From NCBI GenBank assembly GCA_046583315.1, contig JAYGCN010000343.1, positions 26,285 through 90,284 of the forward strand: 64,000 nt of DNA, in the 5' to 3' direction. The stretch comes from Candidatus Hydrogenedentota bacterium. GTDB lineage: Bacteria; Hydrogenedentota; Hydrogenedentia; Hydrogenedentales; GCA-2746185. The notes under the pieces are model-generated. The model was not told where the DNA came from and made no database searches. It saw only the letters and a program-made list of their open reading frames with translations. The position numbers and the translations under genes are program-made. This document shows positions 20,473-30,819 of this stretch, in pieces (position 1 is the first letter of the stretch; every line of letters starts with the position of its first letter).

Positions 20473-21789
20473 CTAAAAGAATGTATCCCCCGAATCGGGC
20501 ATGTCGAGCAACAAACCCATGACATCGTTCTCAGACAGACCCAAAGCGTTCATGCTCGCCATACATTCGGACAGGTTCACTTCGCGGTCTTCACGCCTCG
20601 GATCGGCAGACGCGGCCACAACATCGGCCACATGAATCAGATGCACTGTCATGCGATGATCCTCCGTGGCGAATTCTGGCGAATGATGAAATCGAATCGC
20701 CTCAGCCAGGTTTGTCGGGAAATTCCAGTGCAGCGCGAGCTGATAACCAACTTCCGTATGCGTAATGCCCAGTCTCCCCTCCTCGGCCTGAATTAATTCT
20801 TCACCATTCAGCCCCTGCGGAATCAACGCGTAATGATCCGGAATAATATGGGCCAACGCGATCCGACCGAGATCGTGAAGCAAGCCCGCCGAAACGATTC
20901 CCGATCCACGTACACCGGAAATCTTGGCCAATTCACGCGATATGCCCGCGCAGGTCGTCGCCTGCATCCAGAAGCGGACATAGTCAAAACGTTGACTATG
21001 GCGCAATACATCAATTACGGCCGACGTAACGACAATGGAATAAGTGTCCAGTAAACCCAGTAGCGACACCGCCCGATCCACACTGTCAATCGATTGCACA
21101 AAACCATAAGCCGGACTGTTCGCCACCTTCAACATCTTCGCCGCAATGGCCGGATCCCGTTCAATCACCGCGCCAAGTTCTGCCGCCGTACCTGTGTCAT
21201 CAAAGAGCATCTCCCGAACCCGTTGCACCGTACCCGGGAGTGCCGGCAACGAATCCAGATGCCGCAACATCGTCACCGCCGTCGCCAATTTCATCGTGCC
21301 TGCGAGCTGCTCCGGCGTGGCCGGCGTACCCGGCGTACCGTAATGGCGATGCAAGCACGGAAGCAAGTCATCGGCGCAGCAAATGAACGGATGAATGACC
21401 AGACCCGTTGCAATCTCCAGTGCATCGATCGTAGCCATGTCCAGTGGACACACCATCGCCAACATCAATTCGTTTCCGTCTTTATCGATAGGCACCACTT
21501 CGTGCTGCAACGCGAAATCACGGGATACCAGAGCAATGACCTCAGGCTCGATATCGAATTGCTCCAATTCTTCGATAGAAGGATACGCGCTCGTCGAGGT
21601 GAGAAAATTCACGAACTGTTGTGCATCGATTGCACCCAAGGCCATCAATATATTGACGATTCGTTCCCCGGAATTTTCCTGAAGCTTGAGTGCTTCGTCG
21701 AGTTGATCCACCGTAATCAACCTCGCCTCCCAAAGTAACTGACCTATCAGCAGTTCTGGTTCTTCCGACTCTTCTGGCTCACGCTGCAT
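20473..21789 (-). CDS. HDOD-domain signalling protein with N-terminal MshEN/GspE-N domain
   Basis: N-term IGQLLWEARLITVDQLDEALKLQ...RIVNIL plus GspE_N core (VVPI...LAMVCP.D); C-term LPALP, DPAIAAKMLKVANS, GLLHDLG, HTEVG..LALHWNFP..AIRFHH. Confidence 0.85.
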   Translation of the reverse strand: MQREPEESEEPELLIGQLLWEARLITVDQLDEALKLQENSGERIVNILMALGAIDAQQFVNFLTSTSAYPSIEELEQFDIEPEVIALVSRDFALQHEVVPIDKDGNELMLAMVCPLDMATIDALEIATGLVIHPFICCADDLLPCLHRHYGTPGTPATPEQLAGTMKLATAVTMLRHLDSLPALPGTVQRVREMLFDDTGTAAELGAVIERDPAIAAKMLKVANSPAYGFVQSIDSVDRAVSLLGLLDTYSIVVTSAVIDVLRHSQRFDYVRFWMQATTCAGISRELAKISGVRGSGIVSAGLLHDLGRIALAHIIPDHYALIPQGLNGEELIQAEEGRLGITHTEVGYQLALHWNFPTNLAEAIRFHHSPEFATEDHRMTVHLIHVADVVAASADPRREDREVNLSECMASMNALGLSENDVMGLLLDMPDSGDTFF

Positions 21790-21871
21790 TTGGTACCCCC
21801 CAAAGTCGTTCCGTGACATCAGCTGTTGCGCCGATACACGGAGTATAGCACTTGCGAAGGCCGAATTCCCC

Positions 21872-22693
21872 CTAGCTCAGCCAGCTCCAAAGGCGAGTCA
21901 CCAGTTGAATATTGAACAACAATTGAATCCCCGCCAACAGCGTCAAAACCATAATAACGCGATTGAAAACCGATTCCGACACATGCGTCAACAGCCACTT
22001 CCCCATATACGAACCCACCGGAATCAGCGGGACCAGATACAAATCAAAAAGCAGCACATCGCTGCGCAACATGCCGATAGCACCGTAAAAAGGCAGTTTC
22101 GTAAGATTCAACAACATGAATGTCCAGGCCATCGTGCCCACAAACAAGCGTTTGCCCATGCCCTGCGAAAAAAGATACAGGCTCACGATCGGACCCGCCG
22201 CATGCGCCAGCGTCGTCGTGATGCCACCCATGACTCCCGCAACCAATGCCCACACCGACCCGGCACGATGTTCGGATGCCCACTTCAGCGAAGACTCCCG
22301 CGCGATAATGTACAATCCAAAAACGATGGCGATCACACCCACGAATCGCTTCAGGCCGACCGCATATACCTCGACACCTGCCTGCCCGATACGCCACCAC
22401 ATGAAACTGCCAATCGCAATACCAATGATCGCCGGAAAGTACACCGCGAATACTTGACGCCACACGACATTCAAGCGGTGATGGTAAATCGCGTTGATGT
22501 CGCACAATACCAGCAACGGCAACATCGTCGCCGCGACTTTATCCACCGGCATCACCGTCATCATCAAGGGAAGCGACAAAATCGCCGCGCCCGACATGCC
22601 CGATTTGCTGATACCCAGAATGATGATCGCCAGACCCGTGAACAGCCAGAACAGTGGAACCGGGATGCCTGGCAGGATAAAGGATTCAATCAT
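21872..22693 (-). CDS. Sulfite exporter TauE/SafE family membrane protein
   Basis: Multiple TM helices; GISKSG, LPLLVLCD, TTLAHAAGP, NLTKLPFY. Confidence 0.85.
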   Translation of the reverse strand: MIESFILPGIPVPLFWLFTGLAIIILGISKSGMSGAAILSLPLMMTVMPVDKVAATMLPLLVLCDINAIYHHRLNVVWRQVFAVYFPAIIGIAIGSFMWWRIGQAGVEVYAVGLKRFVGVIAIVFGLYIIARESSLKWASEHRAGSVWALVAGVMGGITTTLAHAAGPIVSLYLFSQGMGKRLFVGTMAWTFMLLNLTKLPFYGAIGMLRSDVLLFDLYLVPLIPVGSYMGKWLLTHVSESVFNRVIMVLTLLAGIQLLFNIQLVTRLWSWLS

Positions 22694-22697
22694 TCGA

Positions 22698-24026
22698 TTA
22701 GGCTTTGTGTATCTTGCCCTGTGGATCGGCGATTCCATGTGTCGCGTTGCGCGTATCCACAATCAAAGGCGCATGTTTGACGATGAGTTCATAATCAAAA
22801 TCCGAGTGATCCGCGGCAATCAATACTGCATCCACAGCCGACAAGGATTCCGGCGTTAATGCAACCGAATCCAACTCCAAATCATATCGGCGTTGCACGG
22901 GAAACGACGGAATCAAGGGATCGCTATACGACACATCGGCACCTTTCGCCAACAAGTTCGCCAACAGTGTGATGCCCGGCGATTCACGCGGGTCCGCCAC
23001 ATCCTTCTTGTAGGCGATGCCCAAAACCACCACCCGCGCACCCGAAAGCGATTTCCCCTGCGTTTCCAGTGCCTCTTCCAGCCCGGCGATCACATAATCC
23101 GGCATTGCCGTATTCACTTCACCCGCCAACTCGATAAAACGACTCGTGACCCCGTGCTGTTTCGCTTTCCAGGTCAAATAAAAGGGATCAATCGGAATGC
23201 AGTGGCCCCCGAGACCCGGTCCCGGATAAAACGGCATAAAACCGAAAGGCTTTGACTTCGCCGCTTCGATTACTTCCCACACATCGATGCCCATTTTCGA
23301 GTACACCATCTTCAATTCATTCACCAACGCGATGTTCACACTGCGAAAAATATTCTCCAGCAGTTTTACCGCCTCCGCCGTCTCTGTGTTCGACACGCGC
23401 ACCGTGCTCACCACGATCTGGCTATACAACGCGTCCGCCGCATCCAGCGATGCCGCATCCGTACCGCCGACGACCTTGGGGATTTTGCTCGTCGAAAATG
23501 TCGGATTACCCGGGTCCTCGCGCTCAGGCGAATACGCCAACAAGAAATCGACCCCGGCTTTCAACCCGCCCGTTTCCAAAATAACGCGCAATACTTCCTT
23601 GGTCGTGCCGGGATAGGTCGTCGATTCCAGGATGATTAACTGCCCCTCGCGAACATGCGGCGCGATGGCCTTCGCGGTAGCCTCGATATAACTCAAATCC
23701 GGCTCGTGATTGTCCGCCAGCGGCGTCGGTACACAAATCAGAATCGCATCCGCCTCGGACGCACGCGAAAAATCACTCGTGGCTTCCAGCAGGCCACCCT
23801 TTGCGATGACACTTACTTCTTCGGAGGGAATGTGGTGGATGTAGCTCTCGCCGCGGTTCAAGCGCTCAATCTTGTCCGTATCAATATCGAAGCCGACCAC
23901 ACGAAAATCATTGCGGCAAAACTCCATCACCAAAGGAAGGCCTACGTAACCAAGCCCGATTACCCCTACAACCGCCTCTTTCGACTTAAATTTCTCTATT
24001 AATTTCTGCGCGTCCAACGAATTCAT
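22698..24026 (-). CDS. Nucleotide-sugar dehydrogenase (UDP-N-acetylhexosamine 6-dehydrogenase type)
   Basis: GLGYVGLP, CVPTP, ESTTYPG, SPEREDPG, KLLENIFR.VNIA, GGHCIPIDP (catalytic Cys), D.RESP. Confidence 0.92.
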   Translation of the reverse strand: MNSLDAQKLIEKFKSKEAVVGVIGLGYVGLPLVMEFCRNDFRVVGFDIDTDKIERLNRGESYIHHIPSEEVSVIAKGGLLEATSDFSRASEADAILICVPTPLADNHEPDLSYIEATAKAIAPHVREGQLIILESTTYPGTTKEVLRVILETGGLKAGVDFLLAYSPEREDPGNPTFSTSKIPKVVGGTDAASLDAADALYSQIVVSTVRVSNTETAEAVKLLENIFRSVNIALVNELKMVYSKMGIDVWEVIEAAKSKPFGFMPFYPGPGLGGHCIPIDPFYLTWKAKQHGVTSRFIELAGEVNTAMPDYVIAGLEEALETQGKSLSGARVVVLGIAYKKDVADPRESPGITLLANLLAKGADVSYSDPLIPSFPVQRRYDLELDSVALTPESLSAVDAVLIAADHSDFDYELIVKHAPLIVDTRNATHGIADPQGKIHKA

Positions 24027-24193
24027 CCCCTGTCTCAAGTTAAGACCGATATGATACCTGTTTCGCCCCGATGATTCCCACAGCCGTATATCCCCAACAT
24101 TGGGAAGTGACATCGGATTCGCGTTCCAGTATACTACTCGTTTTCCAAGAATAACGATCCATAAACTGGACGCAAATAGAAGGAACATGAGCC

Positions 24194-24688
24194 GTGGGCG
24201 ACACAAACGAAATTAAAGTAGTGATGATAATGGGCAGCAAATCCGACTGGGACGTGATGAAAGCCGGTTCAGACATTCTGAACGACTTCGACATTCCCCA
24301 CGAATGCAGAGTGCTCTCCGCCCACCGCACGCCCGGCGAACTCGTCGAATACCTCAAAGATGTCGAAGCCCGTGGCTGTCAAGTGTTTATCGGCGGCGCA
24401 GGCGGTGCCGCACACCTTGCTGGAGTCATTGCTTCGAAAACGGTACGTCCGGTGCTCGGCGTGCCCATGACCAGCGCGCTCAACGGACTCGACTCATTAC
24501 TTTCCACCGCACAGATGCCCGGCGGCATTCCAGTAGGGACTCTCGCAATCGGGAAAGCCGGTGCACAAAACGCCGCGCTGCTCGCCATTTCCATTCTGGG
24601 TACTTCAGACGAAAGCCAACTCGAAAAAATCCGCGCCTACCGGAAGAAGCGCGCCGACGCGATACTCGCAGAAGACCTGCTGACCTAG
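24194..24688 (+). CDS. purE: N5-carboxyaminoimidazole ribonucleotide mutase
   Basis: [38 protein letters not shown]. Confidence 0.96.
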   Translation: MGDTNEIKVVMIMGSKSDWDVMKAGSDILNDFDIPHECRVLSAHRTPGELVEYLKDVEARGCQVFIGGAGGAAHLAGVIASKTVRPVLGVPMTSALNGLDSLLSTAQMPGGIPVGTLAIGKAGAQNAALLAISILGTSDESQLEKIRAYRKKRADAILAEDLLT

Positions 24689-26076
24689 TCCGATGGACCA
24701 ATCATCTTCGACGGGTCAACGGCCTCATGGAATTCTTCTTCCGTGAGCAGTCCGGAATTCAGCACTTCTTCCAATAACGTCGTGCCGTTGTTGTACGCCG
24801 TCTTCGCAATTTTCGCGGCGTTGTCATAACCGATTTTACTGTTCAACGCCGTCACCAGCATCAGCGACTTGTGCAGCAACTCGTCGATACGCTCCTGATT
24901 CGGCTCAATGCCCACCGCGCAATGGTCATTAAAACTTTGTGCCGCATCGCCCAGCAGTCGAATCGATTGCAACACGTTATACATGATTACCGGCTTGAAC
25001 ACGTTCAACTCAAAATGGCCCGTAGCCCCCGCGATATTCACGGTCGCGTCATTGCCCATCACCTGCGCCGCCACCATCGTCGTCGCTTCGCACTGGGTCG
25101 GATTGACCTTGCCCGGCATAATCGAAGACCCCGGCTCGTTCGCAGGGATGATGATTTCGCCCAAACCACAACGGGGTCCACTCGCCAGGAAACGGATGTC
25201 GTTCGCGATTTTCATCAGACTCGCCGCGACCGTCTTCAGTGCGCCGTGCGTCATCACCATCGCGTCATGCGCGGCAAGGGCTTCAAATTTATTCGGTGCC
25301 GTCGTGAAGGGAAGCCCAGTCAATTCAGCAATTTTCGCCGCGACCTGCACGTCATAGCCCTTTTTCGTATTCAGTCCCGTGCCCACCGCCGTGCCGCCCA
25401 GCGCCAATTCGCCTAGCTTTTCCAGTGTTGACTCAATGCGTTCGATACCATTCGTCAACTGTTGCGCATAACCTGAGAATTCCTGGCCCAGCGTCAACGG
25501 GGTCGCGTCCATCAGGTGCGTACGCCCGATCTTAATGATGTCCTGAAATGCCTCTGCCTTATCAGCCAAGGTATCTCGCAATAGCGTGAGCTTCGGGATC
25601 AAATGGTGATGAATCTGCTCCACCGCTGCAATACTCATGCCCGTTGGGAAAGTATCGTTCGACGATTGCGACATGTTCACGTGATCGTTCGGATGCACGG
25701 GCGTTTTGCTGCCCAGTTCACCACCCAGAATCTCAATCGCGCGATTCGAAATCACCTCGTTCGAGTTCATGTTCGTCTGCGTGCCGCTACCCGTCTGCCA
25801 CACCACCAACGGAAAATGGTCGTCCAGTTTCCCCTCGATGACTTCATCCGCTGCCTGCACGATTGCGTTTAAAATGTCTTCGTCCATCAGGCCCAGCGCA
25901 TGATTCGTCAGTGCCGCCGACTTCTTCAGAATACCCAACGCCCGAATCGTTTCCCGCGGCATACGCTCTGTGCCAATCTTGAAATTCTCCAGCGAGCGCG
26001 CAGTCTGGCAGCCATAGTATCGATCCGACGGGACCTTCATCTCGCCCATCGTATCGGTTTCAATGCGGTATTCCAT
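24685..26076 (-). CDS. fumC: Class II fumarate hydratase
   Basis: [47 protein letters not shown]. Confidence 0.96.
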   Translation of the reverse strand: MEYRIETDTMGEMKVPSDRYYGCQTARSLENFKIGTERMPRETIRALGILKKSAALTNHALGLMDEDILNAIVQAADEVIEGKLDDHFPLVVWQTGSGTQTNMNSNEVISNRAIEILGGELGSKTPVHPNDHVNMSQSSNDTFPTGMSIAAVEQIHHHLIPKLTLLRDTLADKAEAFQDIIKIGRTHLMDATPLTLGQEFSGYAQQLTNGIERIESTLEKLGELALGGTAVGTGLNTKKGYDVQVAAKIAELTGLPFTTAPNKFEALAAHDAMVMTHGALKTVAASLMKIANDIRFLASGPRCGLGEIIIPANEPGSSIMPGKVNPTQCEATTMVAAQVMGNDATVNIAGATGHFELNVFKPVIMYNVLQSIRLLGDAAQSFNDHCAVGIEPNQERIDELLHKSLMLVTALNSKIGYDNAAKIAKTAYNNGTTLLEEVLNSGLLTEEEFHEAVDPSKMIGPSD

Positions 26077-26111
26077 CAAGTGGTACTCCTGTCGTGCTGT
26101 ATTCGTTTCGT

Positions 26112-26378
26112 TTAGATGCCGAGTCGAGCCAGCGCATCAATGACGCGGCCGATGGATTGAGTCAATTCCGGATGGTCCTCTTCAAAATCCTGCTTGGCTT
26201 CATTGAGGCGGTCAATCAACCCGTGAGGCTCCTCCGCGCTGTCGTCAGATCCGGCAATAGCCTGAATGTCGTCGACGACCGTACCCAATAACGATTTCGC
26301 ATCATCGTCCAGCGATTCCGTTTTCGACAACTCATCGTGGAGCTTCTGTAGCAATTCCTTGAGATGTTCCTGCGTCAT
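26112..26378 (-). CDS. DUF4404 family small helical protein
   Basis: L..LHDEL...FEEDHPEL...I..V.DAL..LGI pattern. Confidence 0.75.
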   Translation of the reverse strand: MTQEHLKELLQKLHDELSKTESLDDDAKSLLGTVVDDIQAIAGSDDSAEEPHGLIDRLNEAKQDFEEDHPELTQSIGRVIDALARLGI

Positions 26379-26414
26379 ACTGGTTTCCCTTTTGTTAACC
26401 CGAAGGAGCTGAGA

Positions 26415-26609
26415 TCAGGTCGAATCCGATTCGCATTCCCCGCGTTGGCGCACCGGACACGTCGCGCAATTCAGCAATTCCCCATCGGCATCCCAGATTT
26501 CTTCGCCGCCGCACGATCCGCGCAGGCACTTTCCCTGAAAGATAGCGCCCACAGACATAATCAGCACAACAACGCCGAATACAACCATTGTGAGAACGAG
26601 GATTTCCAT
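26415..26609 (-). CDS. nqrM: NqrM-like single-TM Cys-rich protein
   Basis: N-terminal TM helix followed by K..L.GSCGG and further Cys (CATC, C). Confidence 0.6.
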   Translation of the reverse strand: MEILVLTMVVFGVVVLIMSVGAIFQGKCLRGSCGGEEIWDADGELLNCATCPVRQRGECESDST

Positions 26610-26714
26610 GTGTCTAGTATACCCTTTCTCGTCAAGCCTTTCCCAGCGGGATTGAAATCAGGGACGCCGATACCGTAGCGTGGATATTCCGAAACACACG
26701 AGGAGACCAACACC

Positions 26715-27167
26715 ATGCCAGCCCTGGACCGTAACACCGTAGACGAAATCCTGCAACGGATTGAGTCCATTCCTGACGACGCTGAACCAGCGTGGGGGAC
26801 CCTTCGCAAAGATACCTTGGTCGGACATCTCGTCTGGGTCGTGAAAAGTTCGATGGAATCTTCAACGAATGTGCCCTATCAGGGAAACTTTTTACTGAAG
26901 AATATCGTCGGGCCGTTGTTGCGTGAGGGAATAATCAAGTTTCCAAAGAACGTGAAGTTCAAGGACAATTCGGGCGGGACGCTCAATGTCCTAAGCGAGG
27001 GAACCATGGACGATTTACGCGAAGTGGTGGATACCTTCATTTCAGGAATCGCGGACGGAACACTGGAGACCTCAAGCCATCCTGTATTCGGCGACCTCGG
27101 ATCCAAAAACTGGCCAAAATTTCACTACCGCCACTTCGAACATCACCTCGGACAGTTCGGCGCGTAG
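26715..27167 (+). CDS. DUF1569 / DinB-like protein
   Basis: P.WG.L....LVGHL and C-terminal HPVFG.L....W..FH..HFEHHL.QFG; GAGGAG RBS. Confidence 0.8.
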   Translation: MPALDRNTVDEILQRIESIPDDAEPAWGTLRKDTLVGHLVWVVKSSMESSTNVPYQGNFLLKNIVGPLLREGIIKFPKNVKFKDNSGGTLNVLSEGTMDDLREVVDTFISGIADGTLETSSHPVFGDLGSKNWPKFHYRHFEHHLGQFGA

Positions 27168-27183
27168 CTAACCGGATAAATCG

Positions 27184-27669
27184 CTACCTGTTGAACTTTT
27201 CCTTCATGCGTTCCATCACGATGTCCGGCACAAACTGTGAAGCATCTCCGCCCAACTGAACGATTTCCTTTACCAGCCGCGAGCTCACAAACATATACTC
27301 CTCGCTCGGCATGAAACTGATCGTGTCGCAGGAAGGCAGCATTCGACGATTCGTCGCCGCCATCGTCATCTCGTTTTCAAAGTCAGACACCGCGCGCAAT
27401 CCACGAATCAGCGCAATCGCGTCCAATTCACGCACGAGATCGATAATCAATCCCTTAAACGGACGTACCTCGATACAGCCGATATGTTGCGTCAGCTCTT
27501 CAATCATGCCCACCCGTTCTTCATAGGTAAAGAGATTGTGTTTTTCCGTATTGTTCGCCACCGCCACCACAACTCTGTCAAACAACCTCGCGGCGCGTTC
27601 CATCAAGTCGATGTGCCCCTTTGTCGGCGGGTCAAAACTGCCCGGGTATACGCCTATCCGATCAGCCAT
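27184..27669 (-). CDS. coaD: Pantetheine-phosphate adenylyltransferase
   Basis: YPGSFDPPTKGH, IRGLRAVSDFENE, VSSRLVKE. Confidence 0.96.
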   Translation of the reverse strand: MADRIGVYPGSFDPPTKGHIDLMERAARLFDRVVVAVANNTEKHNLFTYEERVGMIEELTQHIGCIEVRPFKGLIIDLVRELDAIALIRGLRAVSDFENEMTMAATNRRMLPSCDTISFMPSEEYMFVSSRLVKEIVQLGGDASQFVPDIVMERMKEKFNR

Positions 27670-28852
27670 CGATAAATTCTCCTTTTATCGCCGCTGCATA
27701 AGCGGCTTCATAAACTTCCCGCGTCGTGACACCCGCTTCTCGGGCGACCCGCTCGCAATCATCATATTCCGGTGCGGTACTGCTCACCGAACCTTTGTAC
27801 GTTCCAATTTTTATTCTTACAGGGGCCCACGGTGTAGCAACCGATTTCCATTCGCGTTCCAAGGTGATCCGTTCCTCGCGGCGCATACGCAAACCTAGGG
27901 TAGACGAACCGTTAAGCAGCGTATCGGCCGCCACCGAAACGAGCGCTTCATCCACCAGGACCGTGATGAGATGAGCAGGACGGCCCTTCTTGCCCAGAAT
28001 CGGCGTCAGGAATACGTCACGCGCGCCGTTCACCAGTAAATCACTCACCAGGGGAGGAAACAGCTCCGGATTCATGTCGTCAATGTTTGCTTCTATCACA
28101 ACCACCGTTTCATTGGCCGTTTGGCTATCAGAGGTCTCGCCGATCATCGCGCGAATCACGTTCGGACGATCCGGAATATCCTTCGTGCCGCTTCCTACGC
28201 CAACCGATTCAATCGTCATCGTCGGCATCGGACCAAAAGACTCAGCCAATTGCGCCAATAATGCCGCACCGGTAGGCGTTACGAGTTCACCATCAACCTC
28301 GCCGCCATAACTCGGCACACCACGCAACAAAAGAGCCGTCGCCGGAGCCGGAACAGGCATAATGCCGTGGGCACACTTGACCGTGCCACTGCCGACGTGC
28401 AATGCCGAAGACTGAATCACGTCAGGCTTTAACTGATGCAACGCCAGATGCGTCCCGACAATATCAATGATGGAATCCACGGCACCAACTTCATGAAAAT
28501 GTACCTTCTCAATCGTGGTCCCATGCACTTCTGCTTCACATTCCGCCACGCGCCGAAAGGTTTCCAGGCTGGCCTTCTTCACTTCATCCGGCAGATCGCC
28601 CGATTCGATAATCTCCACCACATGGCGCAAATGGCGATGCGGATGGTCATGCTGTTCATCCAGATGCACATCAAATTTCGTGGCCATCGTGCCGTGTTTG
28701 TTTACTTTTTCACAGGACAGCCGATAACCATCCACTTCCAGCGTATTCAGAGACGCCTCAAGTTTCGCAAAGTCTGCCCCGGCATCAATCAGCGCGCCCA
28801 CAATCATGTCGCCGGCCGCGCCGCAGAAACAATCAAAGTAAAGCATCTTCAC
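27662..28852 (-). CDS. larC: Nickel-pincer cofactor biosynthesis nickel insertase (full-length LarC)
   Basis: YFDCFCGAAGDM, His-rich HDHPHRH, HFHEVGAVDSI.DIVG, MPVPAPAT, ELVTPTGAA, EANIDD, KKGRP, PEYDDC. Confidence 0.93.
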   Translation of the reverse strand: MKMLYFDCFCGAAGDMIVGALIDAGADFAKLEASLNTLEVDGYRLSCEKVNKHGTMATKFDVHLDEQHDHPHRHLRHVVEIIESGDLPDEVKKASLETFRRVAECEAEVHGTTIEKVHFHEVGAVDSIIDIVGTHLALHQLKPDVIQSSALHVGSGTVKCAHGIMPVPAPATALLLRGVPSYGGEVDGELVTPTGAALLAQLAESFGPMPTMTIESVGVGSGTKDIPDRPNVIRAMIGETSDSQTANETVVVIEANIDDMNPELFPPLVSDLLVNGARDVFLTPILGKKGRPAHLITVLVDEALVSVAADTLLNGSSTLGLRMRREERITLEREWKSVATPWAPVRIKIGTYKGSVSSTAPEYDDCERVAREAGVTTREVYEAAYAAAIKGEFIDG

Positions 28853-29613
28853 GAGGCTTCTCCATTCGCCAGACGATTAATCAGCGACGCCGTAATCGCC
28901 GCACCAAATCCGTTGTCAATATTTACCACCGTCACGCCTTCCGCGCAGGAATTCAACATGCCCAACAACGCCGCAATGCCGCCAAAACTGGCTCCATAAC
29001 CAACACTCGTCGGAACCGCGATTACAGGCTTATCTACCAATCCCGCCACCGCCGTCGGCAACGCACCTTCCATACCCGCGCAAACCACAATCGCGTTCGC
29101 ACCCGAAAGCGCTTCACGCTGGTCCAATAACCGATGCAATCCCGCCACGCCGATGTCCGTGATGCGTTCTACGCGATTACCCAGCATCTCGCACGTCACA
29201 GAGGCTTCTTCGGCGACAGGCAAATCCGAAGTACCCGCGCACACAATCGCGATATATCCCGTACGAGTCTCAGGCTCAGAAAAGGAAAGCGTCAAGCAGC
29301 GCGCCGTATCATGATACGTCACATCCGGGTGCGCCGCCAGAACATCTTTGGCCATATCCGCATCACAACGCGTCGCCAGAATATTCGAGCCGTGTTCTTT
29401 CATATGCCCGATAATGCCGATGACCTGCTCAGAGGTCTTACCCCCGGCAAAAATAGTTTCCGGCATGCCCTTACGGATCTGGCGATGATGATCAATCTTC
29501 GCAAAACCCAGATCCTCATAAGGAAGATGTTTCAGTCTTTCAGCCGCATCCTCAGAAGACAACGCACCCGTAGCGACATCTTCCAGAAGGGCTTTTAGCT
29601 TGGTTTGGTCCAC
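28849..29613 (-). CDS. larB: Nickel-pincer cofactor biosynthesis NaAD carboxylase/hydrolase
   Basis: FAKIDHHR..RKG.PE, AGTSDLPVAEEA, DIGVAGLHR, AGMEGALP, PTSVGYG, LNSC, VNIDNGFGA. Confidence 0.95.
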   Translation of the reverse strand: MDQTKLKALLEDVATGALSSEDAAERLKHLPYEDLGFAKIDHHRQIRKGMPETIFAGGKTSEQVIGIIGHMKEHGSNILATRCDADMAKDVLAAHPDVTYHDTARCLTLSFSEPETRTGYIAIVCAGTSDLPVAEEASVTCEMLGNRVERITDIGVAGLHRLLDQREALSGANAIVVCAGMEGALPTAVAGLVDKPVIAVPTSVGYGASFGGIAALLGMLNSCAEGVTVVNIDNGFGAAITASLINRLANGEAS

Positions 29614-29679
29614 AATACACCTCGTTCCACTCGACGAAACGGGTAGTTTACGACATAAACAGTGGACATTGAAAGTTTA

Positions 29680-30804
29680 TTACGGATTATTCACACGCTC
29701 ATGTTCCTGCATGATTTTAATCAGCGGTTGCATGAAACCACCCAGATCCGTGTACTCCGAATTACTCATGAAGGTAACCGCCAGTTCCTGTTCAGGAATC
29801 AGCACCAGACTCGTCCGGGTCTTGTTCTGGGAACCCGAATGTTGCGCAACGAAATCGATACCCCCTCCCTGAATGTCAAATCCAAGCCCACGCCCCGTCG
29901 CCTCACCATCGTCCGTCGGTTGTTCCATCCACATCAACGTCAAGGTCTCCGATTTGACGAGCCCGCCGTCCAGAATCTTCTTCGCAAACAACGTTAAATC
30001 TTCAATGTTCGAAATAAATCCGCCGCCGCCCAATTTCCAGTGTACGTCCCGATCACCCGAAGGCCGCGGTCCGCGCCGACTTTTGTAGTATCCCGAAACC
30101 CGATTCGGAATATCCACCCACGGATAATCTGGTTGCATCGTTTCCATGCCGCTCGGCTCAAAAATACGGTCATGCGCCTGTTTCGCGAATGCCTCACCGC
30201 CCGCCCGTTCGACCACCGCGCTCAGCAACATAAAACCATGTGTCGTATACGAAAATTGCGCGCCAGGTTTACCGATGAGCGGCGATTCCTTGAACTTGTC
30301 CAGAGATAAAATTACACTCTCATAAGGATGCTCCACATCATAGTCGATTTTTGTCGGAATGACTTCGCCGTTCGAGTAATGCACGATGCCGCCCTGATGT
30401 CCCATCAACTGTCGAGCTGTAATTTTCACGCCCTTATCCGGAAACTCCGGCACATACTCACGCACATCCGCATCCAGATCCAGCTTGCCCTGTTCCCACA
30501 ACTGCATCGCCGCCAACGCCGTCACCAGCTTCGATATCGATGCCCACCGAAACATCGATTCAGTCGTCACCGGAACATTATCGCGCTGATCCGCCATGCC
30601 ATAACTCTGTAAATAGACAATCTCGCCGTGATGCACAATACCTATCGCCGCACCGACGGTCTCCTGTTTCTCCATCTCCTGCTTCATCATTGATTCGATG
30701 GATACATAGACGGGACGCGGGAGGGTGTTGATGTTCTCCGCAGTCGCGCAGACACACACAACTAGGGTTGCCAACAAAGAAGCTAGAAATGATGTGCGTC
30801 TCAA
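29680..30804 (-). CDS. Secreted serine hydrolase, beta-lactamase (class C-like) family
   Basis: Signal peptide; ASISK (SxxK), LDLD..V..Y.P.FP, PG..FSYT, HSGS. Confidence 0.88.
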   Translation of the reverse strand: MRRTSFLASLLATLVVCVCATAENINTLPRPVYVSIESMMKQEMEKQETVGAAIGIVHHGEIVYLQSYGMADQRDNVPVTTESMFRWASISKLVTALAAMQLWEQGKLDLDADVREYVPEFPDKGVKITARQLMGHQGGIVHYSNGEVIPTKIDYDVEHPYESVILSLDKFKESPLIGKPGAQFSYTTHGFMLLSAVVERAGGEAFAKQAHDRIFEPSGMETMQPDYPWVDIPNRVSGYYKSRRGPRPSGDRDVHWKLGGGGFISNIEDLTLFAKKILDGGLVKSETLTLMWMEQPTDDGEATGRGLGFDIQGGGIDFVAQHSGSQNKTRTSLVLIPEQELAVTFMSNSEYTDLGGFMQPLIKIMQEHERVNNP

Positions 30805-30819
30805 GATGCTTTTCTCCGG

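Noticed and set aside
24194..29613. Functional link between purE and larB (both PurE-fold)
   Set aside because: They are on opposite strands and separated by unrelated genes, so the proximity is probably coincidental.
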